This document shows positions 45,985 to 55,833 of a DNA stretch of 64,000 nucleotides, piece by piece. Numbering within the stretch: position 1 is the first letter of the stretch; each line of letters opens with the position of its first letter. The stretch covers positions 3,761 through 67,760 of the forward strand of contig JBFWYD010000056.1 of the NCBI GenBank assembly GCA_050186825.1, written 5' to 3'. The DNA comes from Planctomycetota bacterium. GTDB lineage: Bacteria > Planctomycetota > J058. A program made the translations under genes and the position numbers. Under the pieces are notes generated by a model that saw nothing but the letters and a program-made list of their open reading frames with translations, searched no databases and had not been told where the DNA came from.

Positions 45985-47802
45985 TCAGGGCTTGACCTTC
46001 GTCATCTGCTGCTTGACCGCATCCCGCAGCTTGTCGCCGTTCTGGGGGCCGAAGAAGCTCGCCATGCCCTCGTAGCCGCCGTAGCCGTACTCCTTGGCGG
46101 TCGTGAAGTAGCTCCCGTGCCCGTTGGCCAGCCCGGCCGCGAGCACGTGGCGGAAGCCGAGGGCCTTGCCGTCCTGCTTGATCCCGAGCCCGATCTCGTG
46201 AATCGGCTCGCCGGGCATCGACGCGATCACGTCCGCGCCGATCCGGATCGCCTGGAAGCGGAACTCGCGCTCCACCCAGCCGCGGGGGAACTTGAAGCGG
46301 ATCCCCGGATTGATCCCCAGCGCGGCCAGCCCGGTCACGAAGCCCGAGTGCGCGATGCTCGCCGGCGCGTGGCCCGCGAGCGTCAGGCCCAGGTAGGGGT
46401 CGCCGAGGTCCACCTGCTCGTGGACGGTCTGGAGGATCCCGGCGGGGTCGGCGCTGGCCGCGCCGCGCGCGCGCGCGATCGCGTCCGCCAGCACCTGCCC
46501 GGTCGGGTCATAGCCGCCGACCGGCTTGATGTCGCCCTCGGCCGAGTTCACGAACAGGCAGATCCCGAGGCCCGCCGCCTCGGCCTTGTTGCTGGCCGAG
46601 CCCATGATGTCCGCGGAGTACTCGAGGTTCGTGATCCCGAAGTGCGTGCCGTGGATCCCGAAGTTCCACACCGTCGCCAGCGGCGAGCCGTCGGCGCGGT
46701 CGACGCGGATCACGAGCATCTCGGGGTCGATCGAGTCGGGGTCGAGGTCGGGCGACTCGCTGGCGCGCCGGTTCTCGGTCGCGTTGCTGACCTGCGTGCT
46801 GGCCACGCCCAGGCGCGCGGGCGCGACCCCGGCCTCGGCCTGGAGCAGCGCCGAGGCGATGTCGTCGGTGACCTGGTCGAACACGCGGCGCACGAAGAGG
46901 TCGGTCGCGAGCATCTCCCAGAGCAGCCGCTTGGTCATGCAGCCCGGGCCGCTGTGGGTGTGCGAGGAGCAGACCAGCACCTTCTCGAGGGGCACCGTGA
47001 AGCCCTGGGCGCGCGCCTTGTTGACCGCCTCCTCGACGACGCCCGCGTCGGTGGCGATGGCGTCGAGGGTCACGATCGCGACCCGCTCGTGCCCGTTGTC
47101 GAGCACCAGCGCCTTGGCCATCACCGCGTCCTTCTTGCCCGTGCTCGGGTTCAGGAAGGTGTAGGCGTTGAAGGGGTTCAGGTCGGGGAACAGGTGCCGG
47201 CGCGCGCCGCCGCCGTAGCCCGCCAGGGGCACGCCCACGGGCGGGGTGAAGTCCACCGCGGCCGCGCCGGCCTTCCACTGGCCCGGGGTCGCGGGCGCCA
47301 GGACGGGCGCCGGGGCGCCGCCCACGATCAGGGCCGCGGGCGAGGTGGTGAAGCGGACCAGCTCCTGGCGCGCGAGGGTCCGCCCGGCGGCGTCGGCGAG
47401 CGTGGTCTCGACCCGCAGCACGTGCGGGGTTATCGAGCGCAGGTGCTGGCTCGGGGTCACGCTGACCACGCGAGGCGTGCTCAGGCTGACCACCGCCGCG
47501 ACGGGGCCCGTGTCCGAGGCGAGGGTCACCGCGCCTGGGAGCGTTGCCGGGTCGAGGTCCTGATCGAAGGTCAGGAACAGGGCCGCGTCGACCGCGACGT
47601 CCGCCTCGCCGTCCTGGGGCGAGGAGAGGACGAGGGTCAGGGCCTGGGTCTGGACCGGGGCCGGCGAGCTCGTCGCGACCGGGGCCGCGGTCGAGGCGGC
47701 GCCGCCGCCGTGGCCAGAGCCGCCGGAGCAGCCGGGCATGGTCGTCATCGCGCCGAGGACCAGCGCCACGAGCGCGCTCGCGCCGAGGGGGAGGGGTCGC
47801 AT
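45985..47802 (-). CDS. Lipoprotein with an Ig-like (Big_5-type) domain and a neutral/alkaline ceramidase-family domain
   Basis: Lipobox-like 'MPGC'; 'SPQDGEADV...LTFDQDLDPATL'; 'DFTPPVGVPLAGYG', 'SSHTHSGPG', 'NFGIHGT', 'SAEGDI', 'PGEP'. Confidence 0.82.
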   Translation of the reverse strand: MRPLPLGASALVALVLGAMTTMPGCSGGSGHGGGAASTAAPVATSSPAPVQTQALTLVLSSPQDGEADVAVDAALFLTFDQDLDPATLPGAVTLASDTGPVAAVVSLSTPRVVSVTPSQHLRSITPHVLRVETTLADAAGRTLARQELVRFTTSPAALIVGGAPAPVLAPATPGQWKAGAAAVDFTPPVGVPLAGYGGGARRHLFPDLNPFNAYTFLNPSTGKKDAVMAKALVLDNGHERVAIVTLDAIATDAGVVEEAVNKARAQGFTVPLEKVLVCSSHTHSGPGCMTKRLLWEMLATDLFVRRVFDQVTDDIASALLQAEAGVAPARLGVASTQVSNATENRRASESPDLDPDSIDPEMLVIRVDRADGSPLATVWNFGIHGTHFGITNLEYSADIMGSASNKAEAAGLGICLFVNSAEGDIKPVGGYDPTGQVLADAIARARGAASADPAGILQTVHEQVDLGDPYLGLTLAGHAPASIAHSGFVTGLAALGINPGIRFKFPRGWVEREFRFQAIRIGADVIASMPGEPIHEIGLGIKQDGKALGFRHVLAAGLANGHGSYFTTAKEYGYGGYEGMASFFGPQNGDKLRDAVKQQMTKVKP

Positions 47803-48127
47803 GGTGGTCGCCTCGTCCCGGCTGCCTGGGCGGGGCCAGGGCAGGGACCGTGAGTTGAGCGTGCGGGCTCCGCACGCGTTCGGCGGCGCGTCTGCAAAGA
47901 ACCGACCAGCCCCGATCACCTGGACCCCTGAGGTTGCCGGCCAAGGACTTGAAAGGGCCTCCGCGGCCGAGCCCCTTTCCGATTTCGGATATCCGGGCGG
48001 CCTCGTTCAGATCTGGGAAAGGCCCGCGCGCTCCCACGCGAACTTGCGTCAACCGCTAGGCGGCGAGCCCTTTGCAGCGACGCGACTCCGGGCGGGCTCC
48101 CGAACGAGACCGTCCGGGAGAGGGCGT

Positions 48128-49732
48128 ATGCAGCTGCGGCACACGCGAGTCTGGGGGGGTGGGCTGGTCCTGGCCGGGGCCGTGGCGGCGGCCTTCGCGG
48201 GCTGCTCGGGCGGCTCGAGCGGGGGCGGCAGCGCCGCGAGCACCAGCGCGCCGGTGGGCTCCTCCCCCAGCGCAACCACGACCACTGGTCCGAGCACCAC
48301 GAGCGGCGCCGAGGTCACGAGCCTCGTGGTCCCCGCGGGCCTCCTCCAGGGCTCGGTCCCGATCGCCTTCCGCGTGGCCGACGCCGCGAGCGCGAGCGTC
48401 CCCGTCGAGGTCGTGTTCAGCACCGACAACGGCCAGACCTGGAAGCCGGCCAGCGGCGCACCCACCCAGCCCCTGGCCACCGGGCCAGCGCCGGGGATCG
48501 AGCACTCCTTCGTGTGGGACACCGTCCGCGACGTGCCCGGCTTCGAGCCCGCGGTCCTGCTCGAGGTCCGGCCGCAGCCCGGGCGCGAGCTGCAGAGCCC
48601 CGCGCTCCCCGTCGACAACCAGCCGGTCAGCGCGCACGTGAAGCTCGACCGCGCGCCCTACCTCCAGTCCACGACCCAGACCCAGACCGTGATCCGCTGG
48701 CGGACCGAGACCGCGGTCGACGGGGTGGTCGAGTTCGGCGAGACCCCGGCCCTGGGCCGAGTGGCCGCGCCCGCGAGCGGCGCCGCCAGCCAGGAGCACG
48801 AGGTGCTCTTGACCGGCCTGACCCCGGGCACGCGCTACTCCTACCGCCTGGTCTCGGGCGGGCTGCCGATCACGCCCCGCTACGAGCTCCGGACCGCGCC
48901 CGCGAGCGGCGTGCGCGACTTCAGCTTCCTGGTCGTCGGCGACAGCGGGATGAACAACCAGGTCCAGTACGACATCGCCGCGCGGATGGACCAGGAGGAC
49001 GCGGACTTCTTCCTCCACACGGGCGACGTGGTCTACCCGATCGGCGGGCTGGGCGCGGCGGTCCAGGAGTACAACCTGCGCTTCTTCAAGCCCTACGAGA
49101 AGCTCCTGCGCCGGATGCCGGCCTGGCTGGTGGTCGGCAACCACGACCTCTACGGCCTCTACGGCCAGCCCTTCAAGGACACCTTCACCCTCCCGCCCAA
49201 CGGCGGCGGCTCGCTGCTCGAGGAGCTCTATTACAGCTTCGAGTGGGGCGACGCGAAGTTCGTAGCGATCGAGGCCAACAGCACCTTCCAGTTCGTGCAG
49301 GTCGGCGCGCACATGGACTGGCTGCGCCGCGAGCTCGCGCAGAACACCAAGAAGTGGCTGATCGTGTTCTTCCACCCGCCGCTCTACAGCGCCGGGCAGC
49401 ACGGCGACAACCACGCGCTCCAGCAGGTGCTCGGCCCGCTGTTCGAGTCCTACGGCGTGGACCTGGTCCTGACCGGGCACGACCACGACTACGAGCGCAC
49501 GAAGGCGATCAAGGACTACAACCAGCGCGCCGGCTACCCCGGCCTGGTCCACGTGGTCACGGGCGGCGGCGGCGCCGACCTGCGCCCGGTCAACCCGACC
49601 CCGCGCACCGAGGTCGCGATCTCGGCGCATCACTACCTGCGGGTCGAGATCAGCGGCGACTGGCTGACCGGCGAGGCCGTGGACGCGCAGGGGAAGGTGA
49701 TCGACCGCTTCTCGGTGCAGGAGCACCAGTAG
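48128..49732 (+). CDS. Purple acid phosphatase-like metallophosphoesterase lipoprotein with an FN3-like domain
   Basis: Lipobox 'FAGC'; GDSG, GDVVY, GNHD, FFHPP and GHDHDYER motifs. Confidence 0.9.
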   Translation: MQLRHTRVWGGGLVLAGAVAAAFAGCSGGSSGGGSAASTSAPVGSSPSATTTTGPSTTSGAEVTSLVVPAGLLQGSVPIAFRVADAASASVPVEVVFSTDNGQTWKPASGAPTQPLATGPAPGIEHSFVWDTVRDVPGFEPAVLLEVRPQPGRELQSPALPVDNQPVSAHVKLDRAPYLQSTTQTQTVIRWRTETAVDGVVEFGETPALGRVAAPASGAASQEHEVLLTGLTPGTRYSYRLVSGGLPITPRYELRTAPASGVRDFSFLVVGDSGMNNQVQYDIAARMDQEDADFFLHTGDVVYPIGGLGAAVQEYNLRFFKPYEKLLRRMPAWLVVGNHDLYGLYGQPFKDTFTLPPNGGGSLLEELYYSFEWGDAKFVAIEANSTFQFVQVGAHMDWLRRELAQNTKKWLIVFFHPPLYSAGQHGDNHALQQVLGPLFESYGVDLVLTGHDHDYERTKAIKDYNQRAGYPGLVHVVTGGGGADLRPVNPTPRTEVAISAHHYLRVEISGDWLTGEAVDAQGKVIDRFSVQEHQ

Positions 49733-49736
49733 GCGG

Positions 49737-50582
49737 CTAGCGGCGCCGTCCGGCGAGCCCCGGCGCGGTCGCCACGGCCAGGCGCGGATCACGGAGGCGG
49801 CAGCGCACGCCGTCGCGGGGCGGGACGCGGGGCGCGTCGCCGGGGCGCAGCCGCGCGCTGCAGCCCGCCGCGTCGTCGTCGGGCTCCTCGACGCGCACGC
49901 AGGAGAGCAGGGTCGCGAGGTCCGACTCGATCCGGCGCACCACCACCGCCTCGAGGCGCGGGTCCCCCTCGAGGCCCTCGCCCGGCTCGAGGGTCGCGAG
50001 CAGGCGCTGGTCGACCAGGCGGACCACGCGCAGGGTCGTGGTCGGGCTCAGGGCCGCGAGGCTGGTCAGCTCGTCCTCGAGTACGAGGAGCACCGAGCGC
50101 GTCGCGCCCCAGCAGCTCGCGGCCAGGACCCCGGTGGTGTCGTGCTCCAGGTGGCCCGCGCCGGCGCCCTGGGCGCTGTGGGCGAGCAGGTCGCCCGCTC
50201 GCTCGAGCAGGAAGGCGTGGGACACCCCGAGCTCGGCGGCGGTCCAGCCCGCCGCCAGCGGCGGCGGCAGCCGCTCACCTGCTTCGCCGTCGAGCGCGTA
50301 GCAAGTGACGATCAGCCAGCCGGGGAAGGGCGCCGCGACCCGCGCGCCGAGGCGCTCACCGCGAGCGTGCAGCGCGTGGATCCCCCGCGGCGTCCACGAG
50401 CGCGAGGCGGCGAAGGCGCCAGCGCACAGCGCGGCGAGGGTCGCGTCGCGCGCGGTGGCGGCATCGCAGGCGAGGTGGCCCTGGTCCGAGACCAGGAGGC
50501 TGCGCTCGGCGCGCGCCGCGGCGGCGTGCCGCTCGAGCAGGAGCGTGGCGATCGCGCGCAAGGGCTCTGCGATGCGGAGCAT
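49737..50582 (-). CDS. Tandem roadblock/LC7 (MglB-like) domain protein
   Basis: 'SLLVSDQGHL...TLAALCAGAFAAS' and 'AFLLERAGDLLAHS...TTGVLAASCWGAT' both resemble the MglB core. Confidence 0.6.
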   Translation of the reverse strand: MLRIAEPLRAIATLLLERHAAAARAERSLLVSDQGHLACDAATARDATLAALCAGAFAASRSWTPRGIHALHARGERLGARVAAPFPGWLIVTCYALDGEAGERLPPPLAAGWTAAELGVSHAFLLERAGDLLAHSAQGAGAGHLEHDTTGVLAASCWGATRSVLLVLEDELTSLAALSPTTTLRVVRLVDQRLLATLEPGEGLEGDPRLEAVVVRRIESDLATLLSCVRVEEPDDDAAGCSARLRPGDAPRVPPRDGVRCRLRDPRLAVATAPGLAGRRR

Positions 50583-50715
50583 CGTCCCTCCACCCCCTCC
50601 GCCCGGCAGAGTGGCACGCGCGGGCGGCTTCGACGAGGGGCCGCCCCGCCCCCCGGCTCGCCCGCTCGCCCCGCCGAGGCGATTAGGATCGCGCCCCTTC
50701 CCCAGGGGGACCGCA

Positions 50716-53700
50716 ATGCCCCAGCGCTCTGCGCGCGCCCGAGCCGGCGCGCTCCTGTCGATCATCGCCCTCGCGGCCGCGTGGGCCCTGCCCTCGCGGG
50801 CCGCGCCCCAGCCGGGCGAGAGCCCCGGCGGCGAGCCCGGACGCGTGCACGCGCTGGTCGGCGCGACCGTGGTCAAGCGGCCGGGCGAGCGCGTCGCGGG
50901 CGCGACCATCGTGCTCCGCGACGGGCTGGTGGCCGCGGTCGGGAGCGGGATCCCCATCCCGCCCGACGCGCAGGTGTGGGACCTGCGCGGCTACACGGTC
51001 TACCCCGGGCTGATCGAGCCCTACCTGTGCACCGCGCCGCGCAAGGACGACAAGGAGGAGGACGAGGACGAGGACGAGAAGCCGGCGCCGCCCGGGCCCA
51101 AGCCCGCCGCGCGCGGGGCCGCGCACGAGAACCCGCTGGTCCGCCCCGAGCGCGAGATGGCGGCCGAGCTCGACCTCTCGCCCAAGCTGCTCGAGGAGCT
51201 GCGCGGCGCGGGCTTCACCAGCGCGGTGGTCGTCCCCGAGCAGGGGATCTTCCGCGGGCAGAGCGCGCTGGTGAACCTGCGTGACGGCTCGCCGCGCGAG
51301 CAGGTGCTGCGCGCGCGCGTGGCCCAGCACCTGGCGCTCGAAGCCAGCGGCTGGAGCTCGCGCCAGTACCCCAACTCGCTGATGGGCGCGGCGGCCCTGG
51401 TCCGCCAGACCCTGCTCGACACGCAGCACCACACCGCGGCCTGGGCCCACTACGAGGCCGAGCCCATGGGCAAGGAGCGCCCCGAGACGAACCTCTCGCT
51501 CGCGGCCCTGGCGCCGGCGCTCTCGGGGCAGCTCCCCTTCTGCCTCCAGGCCGAGGACACCCAGGCCCTCCTGCGCGGGACGCGGCTCCTGGCCGAGTTC
51601 GAGCAGACCCCGTGGGTCGTGCTCGGCGACGCCGACTGCTACCGCTGGCTGGACCAGGTCACGGGCAGCGGCGTGAGCCTGGTGCTCGCGCTCAACTTTC
51701 CGCCCGCGCCCACCTGGGAGAACGAGGACGAGCTCCCCGACGTGGACCACGAGGCCCTGCGCCACTGGTACCTGGCGCCCGAGTGTCCGGCCCGGCTCGA
51801 GCGCGCGCGCCAGCGCTTCGCCTTCACCAGCCAGGGCCTCGGCGCGCGCAAGGAGGTCCACGCCCGGGTCCGCCAGGCGATCGAGCGCGGCCTCTCGCCC
51901 GACGCGGCGCTGGCGGCCTTCACCACCGCGCCCGCCGCGCTGCTCCGTGCCCCGCAGCTGGGCGTGATCGAGCCCGGGGCGATCGCCAACCTCACGGTGT
52001 GCGCGGGCGAGCTGTTCACGGAGGGCAGCGAGGTGGCCGAGGTGTGGGTCGACGGGCTGCGCTACCCGCGCTCCCTCGCCCCGCCCGCGCCCGCTGAGGT
52101 GGCCGGCCGCTGGCGGCTCGAGGCGGACGGCGCGGCGCTCGAGCTCGCGATCGAGCTCGAGGGCGGCGTCCTGCGCGGCACGCTCGCTCGCGCCGACGGG
52201 ACGGCGGGTCCCGCCCAGCAGCCCGCGCAGCAGCTCCAGCTCTGGCGCGACAAGCTCACGCTGCTCGTCCCGCGCGAGCTCAACGCCGAGGGCGTGGACC
52301 TGCCCATCGAGCTGCGCGTGCGCGGCCCGCTGGCGCGCGGCACCTGGCGCCGCGGTGGCGAGGCGGGCGGCCCGGCCCTGGCCCGGCGCTTGGGCCCGAT
52401 CGAGCCCAAGGAGGAGCAGGTGCTGGCGCGGGCGCCGCTGCGGCTCCAGCTCGGGCCCCGCGCCCCCTGGCCCCCCCTGCCCGAGGAGGCGCCCAGCGCG
52501 GTCGTGATCAAGGACGCCACGGTCTGGACCGAGGGGCCGCAGGGCACCCTGCGCGGCGCGAGCATGCTGATCGAGGACGGCCTGATCAAGGAGGTCGGCT
52601 TCCGGGTGCGCGCGCCCGCGGGCGCCCTGGTCGTGGCGGCGGGCGGCCGGCACCTGACCCCGGGCCTGATCGACGTGCACAGCCACTCCTTCGGGGCCGG
52701 CCCCGTCAACGAGAGCACCAACACCTGCACCGCCGAGGTGCGGATGTCCGACGCCCTCGACCCGGACGCCATCGAGATCTACCGCCAGCTCGCGGGCGGG
52801 CTGACGGCCGCCCAGCAGCTACACGGCAGCGCCAACGCCATCGGCGGCCAGAGCGCGATCGTGCGCCTGCGCTGGGGCCGCCCCGCGCACGAGCTCCTGT
52901 TCGAGGGCGCGACGCCCACGATCAAGTGGGCCCTGGGCGAGAACCCCAAGCGGAGCAACTGGGGCGCGGGCCTCGCGCCGCGCTACCCCACCTCGCGGCC
53001 CGGCGTGCTCGAGGCGATCCGCGAGCGCCTGCTCGCGGCCCGCGACTACAAGCGCAAGCAGCAGCGCTACCGCCAGGAGCTGGCCCAGGGCAAGGACGTC
53101 ACGCCGCCGCGCCGCGACCTGCAGCTCGAGGCCCTGGTCGAGGTGCTCGAGGGCAAGCGCAAGGTGCAGTGCCACAGCTACCGCCAGGACGAGATCCTGG
53201 CCCTGATCCGCCTGGCCGAGGAGCTGGGCTTCACGATCGGGACCTTCCACCACGTGCTCGAGGGCTACAAGGTCGCGGACGAGATCGCGGCCCACGGCGC
53301 GGGCGCGGCGACCTTCTCCGACTGGTGGGCCTACAAGATCGAGGTCTACGACGCGATCGCCTACAACGCCGCGCTGATGCACCAGCGCGGCGTGCTGGTG
53401 GCGATCAAGTCGGACAGCTCGGAGATGGCGCGCCGGCTCAACCAGGAGGCGGCCAAGTCGATCCGCTACGGCGGCCTCGACCCCGAGGCGGCGCTCTCGC
53501 TCGTGACCCGGAACCCCGCGATGCAGCTCGGCGTCGACGCCAGCGTGGGCACGCTCGAGCCGGGCAAGCAGGCGGACTTCGTGCTCTGGAGCGGCGACCC
53601 GCTCAAGACCGCCACGACCTGCCAGGAGACCTGGATCCAGGGCCGGCGCTACTTCTCGCGCGAGCGCGACCGCGCCGCCTACGCCCTGCTCGAGGTCGAG

Positions 53701-53841
53701 CGCGAGGCCCTGCTCGAGGCGGCCCGCCGCGCCAACGCCGAGAAGGAGGAGGGCGCCCCCTGGCGGCCGACCTTCCCCCGCCCCGGCGGCGCGCGCGGCG
53801 CGCAGCACGACCACCACGACCATCACGGAGGCCCGAAGTGA
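50716..53841 (+). CDS. Secreted two-domain amidohydrolase-family protein
   Basis: Signal peptide; domain 1 'VYPGLIEPY' (no HxH); domain 2 'TPGLIDVHSH', 'LHGSANAIGG', 'CHSYRQDE', 'HHVLEGYK', 'KSDS'; His-rich tail. Confidence 0.88.
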   Translation: MPQRSARARAGALLSIIALAAAWALPSRAAPQPGESPGGEPGRVHALVGATVVKRPGERVAGATIVLRDGLVAAVGSGIPIPPDAQVWDLRGYTVYPGLIEPYLCTAPRKDDKEEDEDEDEKPAPPGPKPAARGAAHENPLVRPEREMAAELDLSPKLLEELRGAGFTSAVVVPEQGIFRGQSALVNLRDGSPREQVLRARVAQHLALEASGWSSRQYPNSLMGAAALVRQTLLDTQHHTAAWAHYEAEPMGKERPETNLSLAALAPALSGQLPFCLQAEDTQALLRGTRLLAEFEQTPWVVLGDADCYRWLDQVTGSGVSLVLALNFPPAPTWENEDELPDVDHEALRHWYLAPECPARLERARQRFAFTSQGLGARKEVHARVRQAIERGLSPDAALAAFTTAPAALLRAPQLGVIEPGAIANLTVCAGELFTEGSEVAEVWVDGLRYPRSLAPPAPAEVAGRWRLEADGAALELAIELEGGVLRGTLARADGTAGPAQQPAQQLQLWRDKLTLLVPRELNAEGVDLPIELRVRGPLARGTWRRGGEAGGPALARRLGPIEPKEEQVLARAPLRLQLGPRAPWPPLPEEAPSAVVIKDATVWTEGPQGTLRGASMLIEDGLIKEVGFRVRAPAGALVVAAGGRHLTPGLIDVHSHSFGAGPVNESTNTCTAEVRMSDALDPDAIEIYRQLAGGLTAAQQLHGSANAIGGQSAIVRLRWGRPAHELLFEGATPTIKWALGENPKRSNWGAGLAPRYPTSRPGVLEAIRERLLAARDYKRKQQRYRQELAQGKDVTPPRRDLQLEALVEVLEGKRKVQCHSYRQDEILALIRLAEELGFTIGTFHHVLEGYKVADEIAAHGAGAATFSDWWAYKIEVYDAIAYNAALMHQRGVLVAIKSDSSEMARRLNQEAAKSIRYGGLDPEAALSLVTRNPAMQLGVDASVGTLEPGKQADFVLWSGDPLKTATTCQETWIQGRRYFSRERDRAAYALLEVEREALLEAARRANAEKEEGAPWRPTFPRPGGARGAQHDHHDHHGGPK

Positions 53842-55157
53842 GCCGCCCCGACCGCCTCTCGCGTCGAGTCTCGACACCGGCGCCCCTGCTGATGGCCCTC
53901 GCGCTCGCCGCCGCCGCTCCGGCCGCCCGCGCCGACGACGTGGCGCTGGTGGATGTGACGGTGCACCCCGTGACCGGACCGACCCTCGAGCGCGCCACGG
54001 TGCTGATCAAGGGCGGCAAGGTCCGCGCCGTCGGCAAGGTCGAGGTCCCGCCCGGAGTCAAGACCCTCGACCTGCGCGGCAAGCACCTCTACCCGGCCCT
54101 GATCGACGCCGACACCGTGCTCGGCCTGACCGAGATCGGCAGCGTCAAGGGCAGCGAGGACACGCGCGAGGTCGGCAAGATCAACCCCAACCTCCGCGCC
54201 GAGGTCGGGATCAACCCCGACAGCCGCCTGTTCCCCGTGACGCGGACCGGAGGCGTGCTCCTGGCCCACATCGCCGAGCGCGGCGGCCTGATCTCGGGCA
54301 CCTCGGCCGTGATCGCGACCCAGGGCTGGACCTACGAGGACATGACCCTCCGCGCCCCGGTGTTCCTGCACGTGCGCTGGCCCCGGATGCGCGTCGAGCG
54401 CCGCGGCCGTACCAAGGAGCAGGTGGAGGAGGCGCTCAAGGCCCGCGAGGAGGCCCTGGCCACGATCAAGGCCGCCTTCCGCGAGGGCCGCGCCTACGCC
54501 AAGGCCCGCCGCGCGCCCGGCTCCACCCGCGAGGTCGACCCCAAGTGGGAGGCCATGCTCGACGTGCTCGCCCCCGCCGGCGGCCGCCCCCTGCGCGTCG
54601 CCGTCCACGCCGAGACCCTGGCCCAGATCCAGGCCGCCCTCGACTGGGCCCGCGCGGAGCGCCTCGAGATCGTGCTCGTGGGCGGCGCCGACGCCTGGCG
54701 CGTGGCGCGCAAGCTGAAGTACCAGGACGTGCCGGTGATCATCGGCCCCCAGTACGAGCTGCCCCGTCGCCGCCACGAGGACGTGGACACCTTCTTCCAC
54801 AACGCCGAGCGCCTGCACGAGGCCGGCGTGCGGATCGCCTTCTCCACCGGCGGCGACGGCTTCCTGGCCGCCAACGCCCGCCATCTCCGCCTGCACGCCG
54901 CCCACGCGGTCGGCTACGGCCTCCCCCACGACGCCGCGCTGCACGCCCTCACCTTGGGCGCCGCCGAGATCCTGGGCATCGACGGCCGCGTCGGCTCGAT
55001 CGAGGTCGGCAAGGACGCGACCCTGATCGTGACCGACAAGGACATCCTCGACGACGCCGCCAAGGTCACCCACGCCTGGATCGGCGGCGACGCGGTGAAC
55101 CTGCGCGACAAGCAGCTCGAGCTCTACGAGCGCTACAAGGCGCGGCCGAAGCACTAA
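53838..55157 (+). CDS. Secreted amidohydrolase-family protein (likely non-catalytic partner)
   Basis: GTGA overlap; signal peptide; 'LYPALIDADTVLGLTEI' (no HxH); 'GSIEVGKDATL'. Confidence 0.86.
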   Translation: MSRPDRLSRRVSTPAPLLMALALAAAAPAARADDVALVDVTVHPVTGPTLERATVLIKGGKVRAVGKVEVPPGVKTLDLRGKHLYPALIDADTVLGLTEIGSVKGSEDTREVGKINPNLRAEVGINPDSRLFPVTRTGGVLLAHIAERGGLISGTSAVIATQGWTYEDMTLRAPVFLHVRWPRMRVERRGRTKEQVEEALKAREEALATIKAAFREGRAYAKARRAPGSTREVDPKWEAMLDVLAPAGGRPLRVAVHAETLAQIQAALDWARAERLEIVLVGGADAWRVARKLKYQDVPVIIGPQYELPRRRHEDVDTFFHNAERLHEAGVRIAFSTGGDGFLAANARHLRLHAAHAVGYGLPHDAALHALTLGAAEILGIDGRVGSIEVGKDATLIVTDKDILDDAAKVTHAWIGGDAVNLRDKQLELYERYKARPKH

Positions 55158-55294
55158 CCCGCGCAGCCCACGCAGGGCCGCACACGTGCGACGGCGCGAG
55201 GCGCGCGCGTCGGACGCGCATGGAGGGCGATCACAGCCGCGCTCGGGCCCGACGTCGGCCCGGCCGACGACAGCTGAATCCGCGACCCTTCCTA

Positions 55295-55326
55295 GCGCAG
55301 AGGCGCAGAGGCGCAGAGACGCAGAG
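55295..55326 (+). repeat. (G/A)CGCAGAG x4 tandem array
   Basis: gcgcagag gcgcagag gcgcagag acgcagag; lies between 15-bp direct repeats cacgtgcgacggcgc at 55183 and 55338. Confidence 0.8.
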
Positions 55327-55833
55327 GGGTGGTCGCGCACGTGCGACGGCGCCAGGTCGTGACCCGAGAACGCTGAAAGCGCCGCAGATGCGTCGCATCG
55401 CGGAGGTTCCAGTTCCCGGAAACGGGCTGTGCGCGACGAGGGGCCTTCCAGGCGGATCCACACCTACAACTCGAGCGCGCCCTCCGCCTTCCACCACGGC
55501 CTGCCGATCGCGAAGGCCAACGAGCGGCGCGCGCCTTGCAGAGTGGATGCCCCGGGGGGGCCGCAGCCAAGCCCCTGCAATCCACACGCCCGGCCGCTGC
55601 TCCCTCCGCACCTGGAGGTTGCGATGCGCGTCGCCGCGGGGCGAGACGAGCCAGAGACGAAGCGCTCCTTGGTGCGCGACGCGAGGACTGCGAGTCGCTG
55701 CAGGTGGGGGGCCGCGGATCCTCCTTCCTGCTGACTGGCCGTCGCACGACGCGTCGGCCCAGGCGCTGGAACCTTCCGGCCCCCCGGGCGAGCCGGCTAT
55801 CGTCGGGGCGATGCACCCCGACCGCGCTCGCCC

